Positions 12,499 through 27,600 of a DNA stretch of 64,000 nucleotides are shown here, one piece after another; the stretch's first letter is position 1; each line of letters opens with the position of its first letter. The DNA comes from Penicillus capitatus (lineage: Eukaryota; Plantae; Chlorophyta). The stretch spans positions 183,097-247,096 of the forward strand of contig OZ287694.1 of the NCBI GenBank assembly GCA_965649825.1, given 5' to 3'. The position numbers and the translations under genes are program-made. The notes below the pieces were generated by a model that did no database searches, had not been told where the DNA came from, and worked only from the letters and a program-made list of their open reading frames with translations.

Positions 12499-13456
12499 GG
12501 TCTGAAACCATGTCGAAAAGTCGATGTAACACAAGAGGAACTATGAACGGGAACAAAGCAGAGAGAGTATACGACAAGCGTTCGTACACGCGGGTCCTGA
12601 TGTGACAGTGAAGCTATCAAGTGTCTTCTGAACGATTCCAGGAGAATCTCGAATGACAATTGTTAATTATCTTATCGTGCGTTATGTTATAGAACGACTC
12701 TTACTGTTCAGAAAAGAACTCCGCGTTCCACGAGCTCGTGTATTTGGGCGACATTCACTGTAGGTCATTACTGCGCTAAGAACACGCAATGTCATCTCGT
12801 GCTCTATGAGTCGTAGCTGTGACGTTCGTTGCGCAAGAGGCTCATCATGCACGACGTTGGCATGAGAGAGGACTGACGTCATTCTGAGTATACGCGAAAT
12901 TGTTCTGTTGTATCTGTCTAAGTATTAAATTATATATTGCTGACGGAGTTTCCCAGCGCAGTTCGCCATCCGCGCTCGGCCGACGTTCAGACTATTGATA
13001 TTAAATAAAGAAGAAACATAAAAGGGTCATGACAAACATCTTCTGCTGATATCGACGCGTGCCTCGGTCGACTCTTCGACGAGCAAAACTTCATGACAAC
13101 CAAGGAATGCTCGCGTGGCCTTTGAGCGCGTTGGGGACACTGTGAGAGAGGACCGGAACAGTAAAGCGATTTGTTCCACCGCTGTGCTTGCTGCACATAA
13201 GGAGGAGTTAAATCATTCCATTCATATCTTCGGTGAAAGCGAAGAGGCCGAAAACGGCCCTCGGACATTCGAAGGCAATTCATAGAAAGCTGTTTAAGAG
13301 ATTAGTTTACAGCGAGTGACAGCGACCCTCCCTCAGTCAGAAGACATTGGGTACGGACGGACAAAGAGATCAGACTCCGAGACGACGGAAGGCTCCCGTT
13401 GACAAAGCAACACATTTCCTCCTTATATGCTTTCAATCGTTTAAAGAACCTCGACA
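12499..13456 (-). mobile_element. Putative 5' LTR (12511-13456) plus primer-binding site of a decayed retrotransposon
   Basis: Inverted termini TGTCGA...TCGACA. On the minus strand the CA end is followed directly by TGGTTTCAGACCG and then the gag relic (12455-11937). No partner LTR in the window. Confidence 0.5.
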
Positions 13457-13632
13457 ACGTACATTCGTCTGTTGCAAACATGTCTCATCTGTCACGTCTC
13501 CTTGAAAAGACTCCATCCGTATGGCGGGGCGCGTTTGATGTGACCTGCGATGTGTCTACTGGGCCGAGCTCCGACGAGCGTGTCCGTTAGAACCGAACAG
13601 CGACGACCCTTGTCCAACGACTGGATTTGCCT

Positions 13633-15783
<2,151 letters not shown>

Positions 15784-16044
15784 CAAGGGGACACTCACTC
15801 ATAAACTGTTCGGTTCCGTACCGTCTACACAGACATTAGACGGGACGCGTGATGGGACGTATCGGAGTCCGCATGAACAGATCGATCAACACAAGGGCTG
15901 CGACAAGATACATCTTCTACAACAGAATCCAAGTGTCAAGTACAGAACAGCATAGCGTTTCCAACATCCCACCCCATTTTTGTTCACAGATCCCATACTG
16001 CCTGTCGAAGCCCACGATGCCAGACGGTGATAGATGCTGAGACA

Positions 16045-19000
16045 TCAGACGGTGGGCAGATTACCGTCCGGTGCTTTTCGCATTTCGGCGATCCTCCCCG
16101 TCCAGTACGAAAAGAGATCGGTGAGTCTCAGATCCACATACTTGTAAAAGATGCGACAGTGTCCCCACGTTTGAGGAACGTCAATCTCCTCCACTTCCAG
16201 AACGACGCGGGCGTAGGAGACCGTGGCCTTGGCGAGGACAAAGAAGAAGAAAAAAGAGACGCTGCTGATCATCAAAAAGAGCAAAAGTGTGAGAAAGATC
16301 CGGATCTCGTCAGTCACACTGTCATTGTTGAAGAGAAGACCCGAGACAAACGTGAGCTGAGCGGCAACCAAGGAGACACCCTCGTGGAGATTCATCGATC
16401 TCAGCTCCTCTTTGTAAGGACGGAAGAGCGTGTGAAGGTACAGAGCACATGTCAGGACGCACACGGCGAGGACGCCCTGGACACCGCCGTCCAGTGCGAG
16501 CTCCGAGGCGGCAATGACGGCGAGGAGCGTCTTCCGGAGCAGCACGACGGACTCCCAAAAGGCACATCGATCATCGTAGGCCTGATAGAGGAACCCGGTC
16601 GCCTCGCTGAGCCATCGAGTCGGCCTCGGTCTGCGGGACTTTGTGTACGTCGGGATGACGGCCAAGGTCACGGGGAATCCCAGAACGATCACGAGCAAGA
16701 CAGGCACGCTGAGTGTGCCCGCGAGCATGGCATGGGATCCTCGATAGCACACTACGGCTGTATCGGCGGCCCAGTAGCGCATCGACTGCTCGGCGCCGGC
16801 GGAGGAGACGTCGTGGGAACGGAGACAGAAGAGCGTGCCGGCAACGGACTTGGCGATCAGCATGTAGGAAAGGTAGATGATGACGAGGTAGCTGAGAAGG
16901 AGTCTCTTGTAGAAGTACAGCCGCGTTTCGGCAAATCTGTGAGCGGCGATGGCCCAGAAGACGAAGAAGAAAGCGGCGATCGATATCGGAATGGCCATGA
17001 CCATCACGACCTTCAGCACGGCGCGAGGAACACGACTCGCTCCCGACAGGAAACAGTCGATCGGCAATGAAAGACCCCCGGTCGCCCCCGCTCCAAAGAA
17101 ATCTAGACACGGCATGCGTTTCTCAGCGGGTGGTTGGATTCGAAGCCAGCCTTGCCTGCCAGGGAGACGAGCGAAACCACTTGCTCCGTCCAATTCACGT
17201 GGACGAACGCGGCGGCGGCGATCGCCTGAAGGAAGTTGATCGCGATCTACGCACACAGCCAGCCTGTCTATGACTCGCAGTTCATGCATCTGCTCGCACT
17301 TTGAAGATCTCGACGATCTGTTGCTTTAGGGCCCTGGCCTCTCGCAGCGAGTTTATATCGTCGGTTGCGTTGCGCTGGGGATGATCGCTCATGACGATGC
17401 GCGTTCCGGCGTTGCCCTCCGGCATCGACACGTGTGTCTCTTCTGGGGCGAGGCTGGATGGCATCCTCTTAAGGCGGCGGTGTCTTCGCAGAGTGGCGAT
17501 GCTTGTCAAAGACTGGCACGAGAGATTGTTTCGGATGGCGAAGCTCGAGAGCAGGAGCAGGAGGAAGACGGAGAAAAGATAGATCACTGCATCGGTCTGC
17601 CGACTGTGGCATTCTTGGCATTCCGCAGAGCGTGTGCGTCCGTGCGTCTCGGCACAGGAACCGCACAGCGCACCTCTGTATCCCTGCACCAACAACTCAG
17701 TCGGTGTGGGACATCCGATCGAGGGACTTACGCTCCCGCACAGATCCGCGCGGTACTGCTGAAGGAAAGTCTCGTTGAGCATGCAGCTGTCGATCCCGCG
17801 CGTCCCGTTCTCGAGCTGCTCTCTGCGCTCTTCGTAATCGCAAGCCTCTCTGACGGGACACTCTTCGATCCTCTGCGAGCAGGGATTGCTGTGCCAGTAC
17901 CCAGATGCTGGGTGTATGGCGCTTCCTGTGGAGCAGTCGCCGTTCTCTGGACACGCCTGGCACTCGCGTTCGGCATCGAAGTTGAACTCCGTTTCGCCGC
18001 ACGGGGAGCACAACGTGCCGTTCGCCTGACGCGACTCGCCAAACCTGCAATCCCGGACAGAGATGACGACGACGAGTGTCGGAAACACGTCTCCACTGAA
18101 GGCGATGTCCACACGGTACACTCCGGGTCGCTGGAATCCTGCAATTCCCGAGATCTCGGCCTCTCCGTCGTCCAGCAAGACGCGGTAGGTCCCCGCGAAG
18201 AATTGGTCTTCGGATCGCACAGTGGCCTCCACCGAGGCGTTACCTGTCCCCCTAACGGGTCCCTGGCCGAAGCCGTCCACCGCCATCAGAAGAATGGAAG
18301 GCAGCCCGTCTCCGCTTCTGTAATCGTTGATGTGCAGCACCGTGCCATTCCACTCCTCGAAAGCGTCGGATCTGCTGTAGCGCACGAAGGGACGCAATGC
18401 GCTGGCAAACGAAGCAACGAGGTCTCCATAGAGTCGGGCTTCATTCTGCGTCCAACCGGGGCAACCTCCTCTGGCATGATCCAGCACCTCAAGTCGGTCG
18501 AAACCGTCTCCGCCGTAGAAATGCAGATCGCTGTCTCTCGGCGCCTCTGAGCAGTTGTATCTGACTGTCCCGGGATCACTTATAAACAGAGCTCCTCCTG
18601 CCGAAGCAAAGTTCTGTGAGAACCGAACACCGACGAGAACCACAAAGGTGCAGTCTGCTTCCGCAGTCGAACAGTTTACTGCCGAGCGAAGGCGCAGGAA
18701 GTGAAAAGCACCTACAGGTCGCCGAAGGGAAACCTCGACGTGTTTTGTCGGAGCACGAAATCGCACCTCCAACTTGAGCGCGATTCTCGACGAACTGGCA
18801 GTCTGCGAACTGATAGGCCGGCATCTGCGGTCCCGTTGCATTCAGTGACACCGCTCCTCCCCGATGCCCCGCCGTGTTGTTTTCGAAGACACACGAGGAG
18901 CAGAGAATGGTTGAAGAGCTGCTCGCACGCAGACCTCCACCGTCTTCCCTTGCGCGGTTTTCCCGAACGCGCAGCCCCCTGGCCTCCACGTGAGAGTGCG

Positions 19001-20794
19001 ACAGATACAGTCCGCCGCCAGACTGTGCATCTGCAGAGATGACGGAGACGTTGTCGAAAGACAGACGGCATCGCTGAAGCGCGATGATGGAGCCTCCCGA
19101 TTCTGCGGCAATGTCCTGCGCAAACGCAGTGGACGATGCGTTGATCACGGATGCATTGGCGGCAATGGATCCTCCGTTTGTCGCCCAGTTTCCAGAGAAC
19201 TGGCCGCGATGGATGTCCAGAGCCGAGTCCTCAACGTAGAGCGCACCTCCTCTGGCACTGGCACTGTTGTTGTGGAAGGTCGTCTCGTCCAGACGGAGGG
19301 TGCTCTTAGACACCGCAACGGAGCCTCCATCGATCGCCACGTTCCTGTCGAAACTGCAGTGGGAGGTCCGAACGTTTTGCGACTGGACGACGTCCATCGC
19401 TGCGCCGCCAGAGTCGTCTGCTCGGTTCCGGGAGAACGAGCAGTTGGAGATCGACACTCCAGTGGCTTCGTGCAGTACGATGGCGGAACCGTTTGCGTTT
19501 CCGTGGAACCGACTGAGGGTCAGATTCAGAACGGACCCGTTTACGCTCATGACCGTCATGCCGTTTCTCCTCGCCATGAGTCCAGACGCAACGGTGGCAG
19601 AGCCTGGCGGCAGCGAAATCAGAACATGGACCAGGTGTCCACCGGATGTCCTTGCGTTGCCTTCCATCTTCACGTTCCTCAGGCTGTTGTTGAAAGGGAG
19701 ATGGGCGAAGCAGATGCCGGAGCACTCGTTGTTTTCGAAACGGACATCTCTCATCTCAAAGGACGCGCATGCGGCAGCGGCGGCAGACACCGCAGAGGCG
19801 TTTCCCTTCAAGCTGTTATTGACAAACGTCACATCGCGCAGGACAACGGGACCAGCCTCCGCCTCGGCATGGCACGCGTCGACTTCGACAATGGCCCCAT
19901 CTCGACGACCATCCAGCCGGCATCCCGTGAACACCATGTTCCCAAACTCCACCCCTGTCGATCTAGACACCAAATGGTGACATCACACAGAGCTTCGATG
20001 TGAGAAGGGAGATTGGACCTGACAAGGAAGGCTCCCCTGTTTTGACGACATCTGAATACAGTGGACTCCCTGGCAGTCGACACCGATCGGTTCGAGGGCC
20101 GCCTGCTTCCCTCAGACGTGCCCAGCCGCAGTCTCCATGGAATCTCGATTCGCCCAGGCAGCTTCCAATCTCCGTCCAGCTGGAAGAGGACCGTGTCTCC
20201 CTCTTCGGTGCAGTGCACGATCGCTTGCACGTCACCATCCACCCTCTCCAGCAGACCCTCGTCGATCAACCACGTGCGCTCTCGGAGACTCAGAGCTGAA
20301 GCGATCTCCCTGTCCGTCAGTACACACACCACACCTGCATCTGTTCGCGTTACGTATGGGGCTTCGGATGCAGACAGACGTCTCACCGTCGCCTCCCGTT
20401 TGCAACAGCGTTCGCCGTCGAGTCGCTACCTTCAGGAAATGACGATGTTTTTGATGCGCGTCTTCCTAAACTGCATGAGGTTCGACCTCGTCTGGTGTCT
20501 CGGAGTGTGGTCTGATCGTTTCCCTCAAGCACGACGCGCCGATGCACTCCGTATGGCCTCCGTCTGCAAAGACCGTTTTCAGAGGGAGCGCGCATAACGA
20601 GGCGTTGCGCGGCCTGCTCGAGTTAGGTGCCCCAACCGTCGCCTCTGATAAACCACAGCGTTTTGGCGCAATGATGGCTCACCGTTAAGAGTGGACAGAG
20701 TTGGGAGTGCCGCCGCCAAGCCATTTGTACGTGGAGCCTGAACGAGGAAACAGGAGAGCAGACAGACTCCGAGAGTATACAGTGGGGTGGCCAT
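16045..20794 (-). CDS. Beta-helix/Cys-rich/multi-pass membrane family protein, copy G2, near full length
   Basis: Signal-like MATPLYTLGVCLLSCFLVQA at 20794 (5' exons not fully resolved). N-module DVQAIVHCTEEGDTVLF...IPWRL. GGA repeats 18770-19960. Cys-rich CSPC..C..CPENGDC..GYWHSNPC. TM exon 16045-17102. Introns 19963-20018 and a GC-AG intron at 17103-17155. Confidence 0.85.
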
Positions 20795-21861
20795 GTGGAT
20801 AGAAATACAGTGGACGATAGCGTCAGTATAAAAAGCCGTTTGTGTGTTATGACCACATTATGACGAGGGGGGTATCGTTTCCCAATTCCCGCCACAGGGC
20901 TGGATATAACCACCTGTGATGTGACTGCCACGGTGTGCGTTCGCTTTTCAATGCGGAAGCGAGCATGAAGTGACGGGCTAGGCAATTGCGATGTCTCTGA
21001 GGACAACGTGCCACGTGGTGGCCCTCTGAGTCCGAAATGGGAACAGCAAATCGCCTGAGTAACACGTCTTCGGCGATGGAAGGTCTGGGCATCACGAAGA
21101 CATCGACGATACAGTCCATGCAAGATAGATCTTCCTGCTCTCCACCTTCCACCGATGTAAACAGAGCCGAACGACAGCGCCCCAAGGGGGATGGCATCGC
21201 AGTGGATGGCTGTGCTTAGGGAGACGTCCGCAGTGAGAGACGCTTCTTTAGGAAGTCCTCACTCAACCATACCTCGTCTTACCTCCTCCTCTACATTATC
21301 GCCACGTCTGCTCTGGGGATTCTCGTCTCGCGTGTATGGATGCTGGTTGCTCTCCAGCGGAGAGGCCGGAAGGCGATGATGACAATCTGCTCCACGATGA
21401 ACAGCGAAGCACAAGTCGATATCGAGTGGCCGTGCTGTCCCGCGGGTCATGACAGCGACCGCCATGGTTCAGTAATGAACCACGACTATATCACCAATCT
21501 CCATATCAAATGATCATCCAAGAGATGCAAAGAACGAAGCCCATGCGTTTGTAATCGAGGAGACGTGCTACACGCCTATGACGGTCTAGACGGTGTTCTC
21601 CCTTCCGCCAAGACGATCGAAGCCCGAACAAAGAATCCAGGTCTTGCCGCAGCCATCGGGCCCCAACCTGAGGCATCATTGCGCCAAGTCACCAAAAAGT
21701 AAGCAGTTTCGGAATACACATGTCTTTTGCTGAAGGTCCGTCGTTTAGCTGTTATTTGCGACAGGCCTTTCTGGCGACAAGTGGAATCGGCGCGACTCGG
21801 CGAAGGCACTTGCCCGCTGTCTTTGCAGTGTCATGTAGAGAACAAGCCGCCTAGCCGCCTG

Positions 21862-24800
21862 TCTTCCGCGGCTGCGCGTTGGATGCGTTGTGAAAAGCGG
21901 GCGATGATGCTGTACTCACAGCCGCCGAGCAGGCGCCTCCTTTATCTTACGTCAGCCAGAGCGGGCTCGTACCACATTCAAGTACAGCACGAATCCTCGA
22001 TGTCTGTGGCGGCGATGGACTTCCTGAAAGGGGTGTGTTTTATCCTGGTCGGTCTTTGCTGCTTGTCGTGCGCAGTCGAGGAGGTCGTGGAAGATCCACT
22101 GCACTTCTTCTCGAAGGGCGACGTGAGTGTGCGAACCTCTGGCGAATCTGTGGGCGAAGCACTGGCGCTATGCGAAACGGGAAGCGACACGACAGAGATC
22201 TGATGTCTTTTATCTGTTCAATCTCAAGTGTGCGTACAGTAAGGGGTGAACCCAAGAGTGCTCCGCTTAACACGTTTACTTTAACTGATTGTGTCGCAGA
22301 GAACTCAGTAAAGAATGTCATATTCACTGTCTCGCTCGTTTAGTAGTACTGATCGTGCCGAGGTCATTGTTTTGAAACAGTATAGTTAGCCGACGATTCA
22401 AATGTAGGCAGAAGATATCTTCTGTTCTCTACCATCCTTGCAGAAATTCAGTGTCGCACATTCTCTGCGAAGTTGAATCCCACGCGGTCAATCGTTGTGA
22501 GCAGCAGTGTCGCAAATTGTGTCATGCGATGTGAGATGACTCGAAGTTCTAAGAAGCTTCTGCACGGTACGATAATGCGTTGAAAACTAAACCTGCCTGT
22601 CTCATAGAGCGTTCTCAGAGGCTAAGCTTTCTTGGGTTCTTGTAAGAGTCAAAGATACAATGGAGAGTTTAACCTACTCGATCAGAGCAGAGGTCTTAAA
22701 ACGATTACGCTTGTACAGCACCGGAGTTATGTTTGAGAGAACTGCACAAGATTGGTATGGATCGGCCAAAGAATGGCCATCACAACCTGGACGTAATTGA
22801 TTAAGTTCAAGCAGGCGTTTCTGAACCGTTTCAAGCCAACACATTTCAAAGAAGAATTATTTAAAGAAGCTTTGCGTGAATGAAGCAAGTGAACAATAGA
22901 GACATCACAGCGTACGTCGGCAGACTTTTTTAGTTATGTCGCCGATTACCGGATGGGTGGTTCAAGCTCGGATGTTGCGCTAGTGTTGGGTACGTAAAGA
23001 GTAGCTCACGCTACCGCGTTGCTTATGTGGAGGCGATGTATAAGAGTGTCTGCTTCCTCCGATTTACCAGCTTCTTAGAAGTATTGTTCCATTATGGCTT
23101 CCATTACGATACAGAGACCCGATTCCATGACTGGTTGGATTACTAGAAGGATCCGAGTTGTCTGTCACGCTCGTCTGACGCGTTTCGAAGAAGTGTGAAA
23201 GAAACTTGCAGCGACGATGGTTGCGAAGTTGCGCGAAGATCCGTCGATCCTTACGACGCGATTGCAAGGACAGAACGGGTGAACGAGTGTCTGCTATCGA
23301 TTATGCTCGCAAAGAACTCGAGACTCTTTAAGAGATTGCGGGGAACGGTTGTTTCTTATACCTTAAAATTATCCACCATATCGGGAAACATTGTTCGAAG
23401 AGGACATGTGGAGGCACATTAGTCCGGGCGACCTTGCTTGTCAATCTATACGCCTGAAACACCGATCATAGCTCGTGATGCAAGACTCGGTGGTGGATTT
23501 GCCGTTGACAAAGCGGATGGGCCGGTTGATGACCGTGGTAATGTATTGAAACCCACGGCGACCACACCATGTGTCCTATTGAACCGTTGAGCAATACTGA
23601 GAGTGTTCTTTAAAACAATACGACAAGAGTATCGTAACACACTTGCGGTTGGATCTCTTAAGTCTCTTCAATTTGAAGAGAGGTATAATAGAGTTCTTGG
23701 CATCTAAACGTTAAGAGCTCGGCATTGTCTTTGCGATTCTCGGAAAACCTTAACCGTGATGCGCACTTGTTGGAATCGCGAAGGGGAACAAGATATCGAT
23801 GCAAGAGAGAACGGCAGAGGGAACAGCCAACGGTAGTATTGCGGGGTTCATGCTTTTACCGGAAGACGTGAAGCGGACGTCGAAGGTGGTTCACTGTTCG
23901 AGTCCGACCATCTTAACTCCGTTGGAACAAAGACCGACGTGTAAGCTCAAAAAAGGTGGTCCGTTGTGGATGATGTTATAGCTTTCGCAAAAACAGACGT
24001 AGTTTTACAATTCGCTAGAAGAACCAATCCTTTGATCTTTGTGTTATATTGATGGTCGCAATGAGCACAGGTTATTATTGCCTTGTTTAGAATTGCCACC
24101 GCCACCCCCGGCGACGCCAATTAAGCGCCACCCCCGGCGACGACGCGGATCAAGCGCCACCCCCGGCGACGACGCGGACCCCGTGCCGCGGTGGCGATCG
24201 CGCCGTACGAACCACTTGTACAAGGATCCTTGCCGCCGTTTAAGAAAGGATGCTACCGAAGTGCACAATCGACTTTGCTTTTCCTTTAATGTGTATACTA
24301 TAATCATGCGCTTAGCACGTTACACGATTCGAAAGAAACTTGTATGAGCTTCTTAACGGACCTTAAGACCGGAGGATTAGACAGTTAACAGAAATGGACG
24401 AAATCGTCCAAAACTAAGAAGTGGAATCAGAGTTCTCGAGAACAGAAAGACACTCTTACGAAGTTCCGCTTTGGAAATCTCCTTTGTTGACGTCGTGCGC
24501 AACAAACCTTGCAAACGTGCAACTTTGTTCAAAAAAACTGATGCCAGACAGGTATTCCTACAGGTGGCCATTCCGTACGTTAGATGAAGGATTACATGCC
24601 CGAATTAGCTACCAAAGAAATGGATAAGGACCCACTTGTGGTGTATGCCTGACGCCTCTCCTTAGATGGCGATAATTTGTAGTTTATTTGTTGTTTTCTT
24701 TACTGCGTTAAGAATCGTTTCGCGCTATCAGCATCAAGCCTGCCGCATTGAACTAGTCTTCTCTATGGTAAGCCGGTCCTTAGGCATTCGCACGGATTGT

Positions 24801-26383
24801 GGAATATGCACTGCGTATGTCTTAGATGGAACAAGAACCAGTTCTGCACCCCATATCGGAGGCCTTTACGTGAATAGAGTCTTAGCTAGCACGAGTCGAA
24901 TCGTATCATTAAAACTGAAAGAGGGCAAGACCGGTCTCGGCGATCAGAACGACGAAGACATTGCGCTTTGAAGTGCGAGAAAGGAACGAGGGTATTTGCT
25001 CAACCGAGTCTGCCAGAACGTTATCTTTAAGCTCGCGAGAGAGAAGAGAGATTCTTCTTCGAACAGAGTACACTCTGCCGAGCCACTTAAGGGTTTGAAT
25101 CACAAACTGCTTTGCTGGGTGACCTTGTCTAGAAGAACACCTGTACTCGGCCGGGGGTGATGCAGAGTGCGCCTTCCCGTCTGAGCCCGCAGTACCTGAC
25201 CGATTTCTGATTCGATTCGACGTCGAAGGTAGCGATCAATTGTTCGGACACTTGGCGAAAGGGCCTCGCCGCTGACGTAACCCTCCCGTGTACGCCATGC
25301 GGTCGCTAACTCATTGGCCGTCAGTCACATCAAGATTCTCAGCACTTCCTGACCTCAGAACAGCGACCAGCCTGTCAGCCTTTTGAAGAAAGCACCTTTT
25401 GCAAGACTGCCCTTCCGCATCGCGACCGACAAACGTCCTCCTTCGAAGCTTCCTCTCTCCGAAGACACGCTCTCTTCATGACACCGATGCCCTTCGCTCA
25501 CCGATTCCACCGGCTCCTCTGGATTCTTGTCATCCTTCATTCACGAGGACGCGCCGACGCCCACGTCCGTCTCCTGAGCCCCGCAGGTAACATACCTGTT
25601 TCCGTTCGCCGCCTGCGTCTGCGATGCACGTCGCCGACGGACCGCGACGCCCGGCAGCAGTCCGGAACGCGCGTTCTCTCTGACAGCGAACGCTGCAGGT
25701 TACGAAGCGACGCTTACCTCTGCGAGCGGCAACGTATCGTCGCCCGAGTCGGAATTCTCCGCCGTCCCGACGGTCCACCTTCGACACGCGACCGTCCCGC
25801 AGCGAGCCTTTCTGAGCGACGCCGTACCACGACATCGTGCCCTGCTCCAAAATGAGACAGACGGTGCGTCGACGAGGGCCGTCTCGCAGAGGGCGATTCC
25901 ATCAGACACCGACGACCAATGCGCGCTCTCGCCAGCGCAGATTTCTGAACTGCTGGATGTGGAGCGACGCACCTGGCGGGTGAGCGACGCCGCGCTCAGG
26001 ACGCTGGATGGCGATCTGCAGATGATCATCGACTGCACCCGCGAAGACGACACGGTCCTCTTCCGAGTGAAGCGCCCCGTCAAGCTCTCCAGACGTGTGG
26101 ACATCCCCTGGAGGCTCGTCTTGGGAGCGCCGGTCGATCGAGCCAGCGACGCCCGTGGCGCTCTGATCGCAGTGCCTGTGGCGTCGATCACCGACGCCTC
26201 TGGTATGGTCGCCGTGCAAAATGAGATGGCGGTGCTGCGTGTGACCGGCGGCAGCTTGACGCTGATAAACGGCCAGTTCTCGAACAACGTACCGGGATCG
26301 GTCATCGTGTCGACGGCATCGATACACGCTTCCCTGTTCTACTGCCAGTTCTCGCGCAACGGAGCACTTGATCAAAGCGAAGG
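21862..26383. repeat. Right arm of the large inverted duplication
   Basis: Reverse complement of 829-6041. Lacks about 455 bp (left-arm 1060-1515) and has a shorter minisatellite (about 24100-24190). Confidence 0.95.
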
Positions 26384-26405
26384 TGGCGTTCTTTGCGTCA
26401 CCTGA
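25478..26405 (+). pseudogene. Internally deleted, truncated duplicate of G1
   Basis: Same signal peptide and N-module as G1. The deletion fuses exons in frame (RASDA|RGALIAVP). Stop at 26403-26405 just past the end of homology. Confidence 0.75.
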
Positions 26406-26642
26406 CGGAGCGAACTCGATCACTGCCTCTCCGTCTTTAGCAACGTCGATATGACATCGCCCTGACGCTTTTGCTCCAGCGTAGCGCACGATAACGGCAG
26501 AAATGCGCGTCCAACTGTTTGGCATTCATCGACGTGTCGAGGCAGCGTAACGCGCCTGTCTTTTCATTCGAGGGACGGATCATTTTCTCTGTTGATTTAG
26601 TGCATTGTGCACCATCGCCGTTCAGTGCTTCGCACACTCAGC

Positions 26643-27600
26643 ATGCAAAACTCTCTTTCTTTTCTGAGACTCGGTCTGCTTCTCTGCGCCTTCGCGCAAG
26701 CAGTCGAACTTGCGTTCGCGGCTCAAAACCATCTTTTGCAACCGCCATGTGCCGCGTCTAGGCGAGATGGTTTAAGGGACCCCAGCTTCGTCTTGCTTCT
26801 CAGCCGTGCTGTTTTGCGTTTAGGTACTGCAGATGTTGATTCGCCATCCGTGTCGTCTCGACGACAGGTAGCCTAGTCAGCGCAACACGTTCACAACGAC
26901 ACGCTCGAATACGGTGGTTCGTGCAGGTAACTAAACGACTCTGTTCTGTGCATGTAGGGTGCCAATAAAGGTCGCCGTTTGATGGAGTCCGAAGCGTCTG
27001 ACCCAAGAGGACATTCAACAGGTTCGGCTTCCTCCCACCCTTCGATGAGAGTGCTATCCTTCTATGGTATTTAGATTTCAAGTGTACTCTGCCGAGAGAG
27101 ACTAGGGAGCGGTACAGATTAGCAACAGTAAAACGTGACTCGTCAGCAACGTCGTCCTCGAAGAAGTGGACAACGATTTGCAGATGATTGTCAACTGCAC
27201 TGAGGAAGATGACGTTCTTTCGTTTGACGTGACAGATGTTGTCCAGCCGTCGCACCGCATCGCCATTCCATGGCAGCTGACACTCCGCACTGGCCTCGTC
27301 AGTGCTGACGCTTATGATGACGTATTCGAGCGCCCAACTACTAAAACAAAATTCACATGTCCTGAAAAAAATACCGGACTTTTTCTCGTACAGTAAGTTT
27401 ACCTCGACCTCAACGGCGTATTCAGACGGGCTTGTCACAGGGCTAGCAACGTCAGCTTTGTTGACCTTGTCTTCGAGGGATGTACCCTTGAGGACACGGA
27501 TACATACCAGTCGGTTATTGAAGTCGAAGGATGCCATAGCGAAGACGTCTCCGGGATCGTGTCTTCCACCGGGTGGCCTTTCGGAAGAACCGTCTCCTTT
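26643..27600 (+). pseudogene. 5' fragment of another family member (G4)
   Basis: Signal-like MQNSLSFLRLGLLLCAFAQAVELAFA. Module DNDLQMIVNCTEEDDVLSFDVTDVVQPSHRIAIPWQLTL. Intron GTAAGT at 27394. The next exon (ASNVSFVDLVFEGCTL) frameshifts near 27570 and similarity ends. Confidence 0.75.

Noticed and set aside
16027-19980. Long plus-strand ORFs (16027-17070, 17381-18550, 18990-20003) and similar ORFs opposite G1, G3 and the NLR
   Set aside because: Antisense shadows of GC-rich coding exons, with no recognisable motifs.
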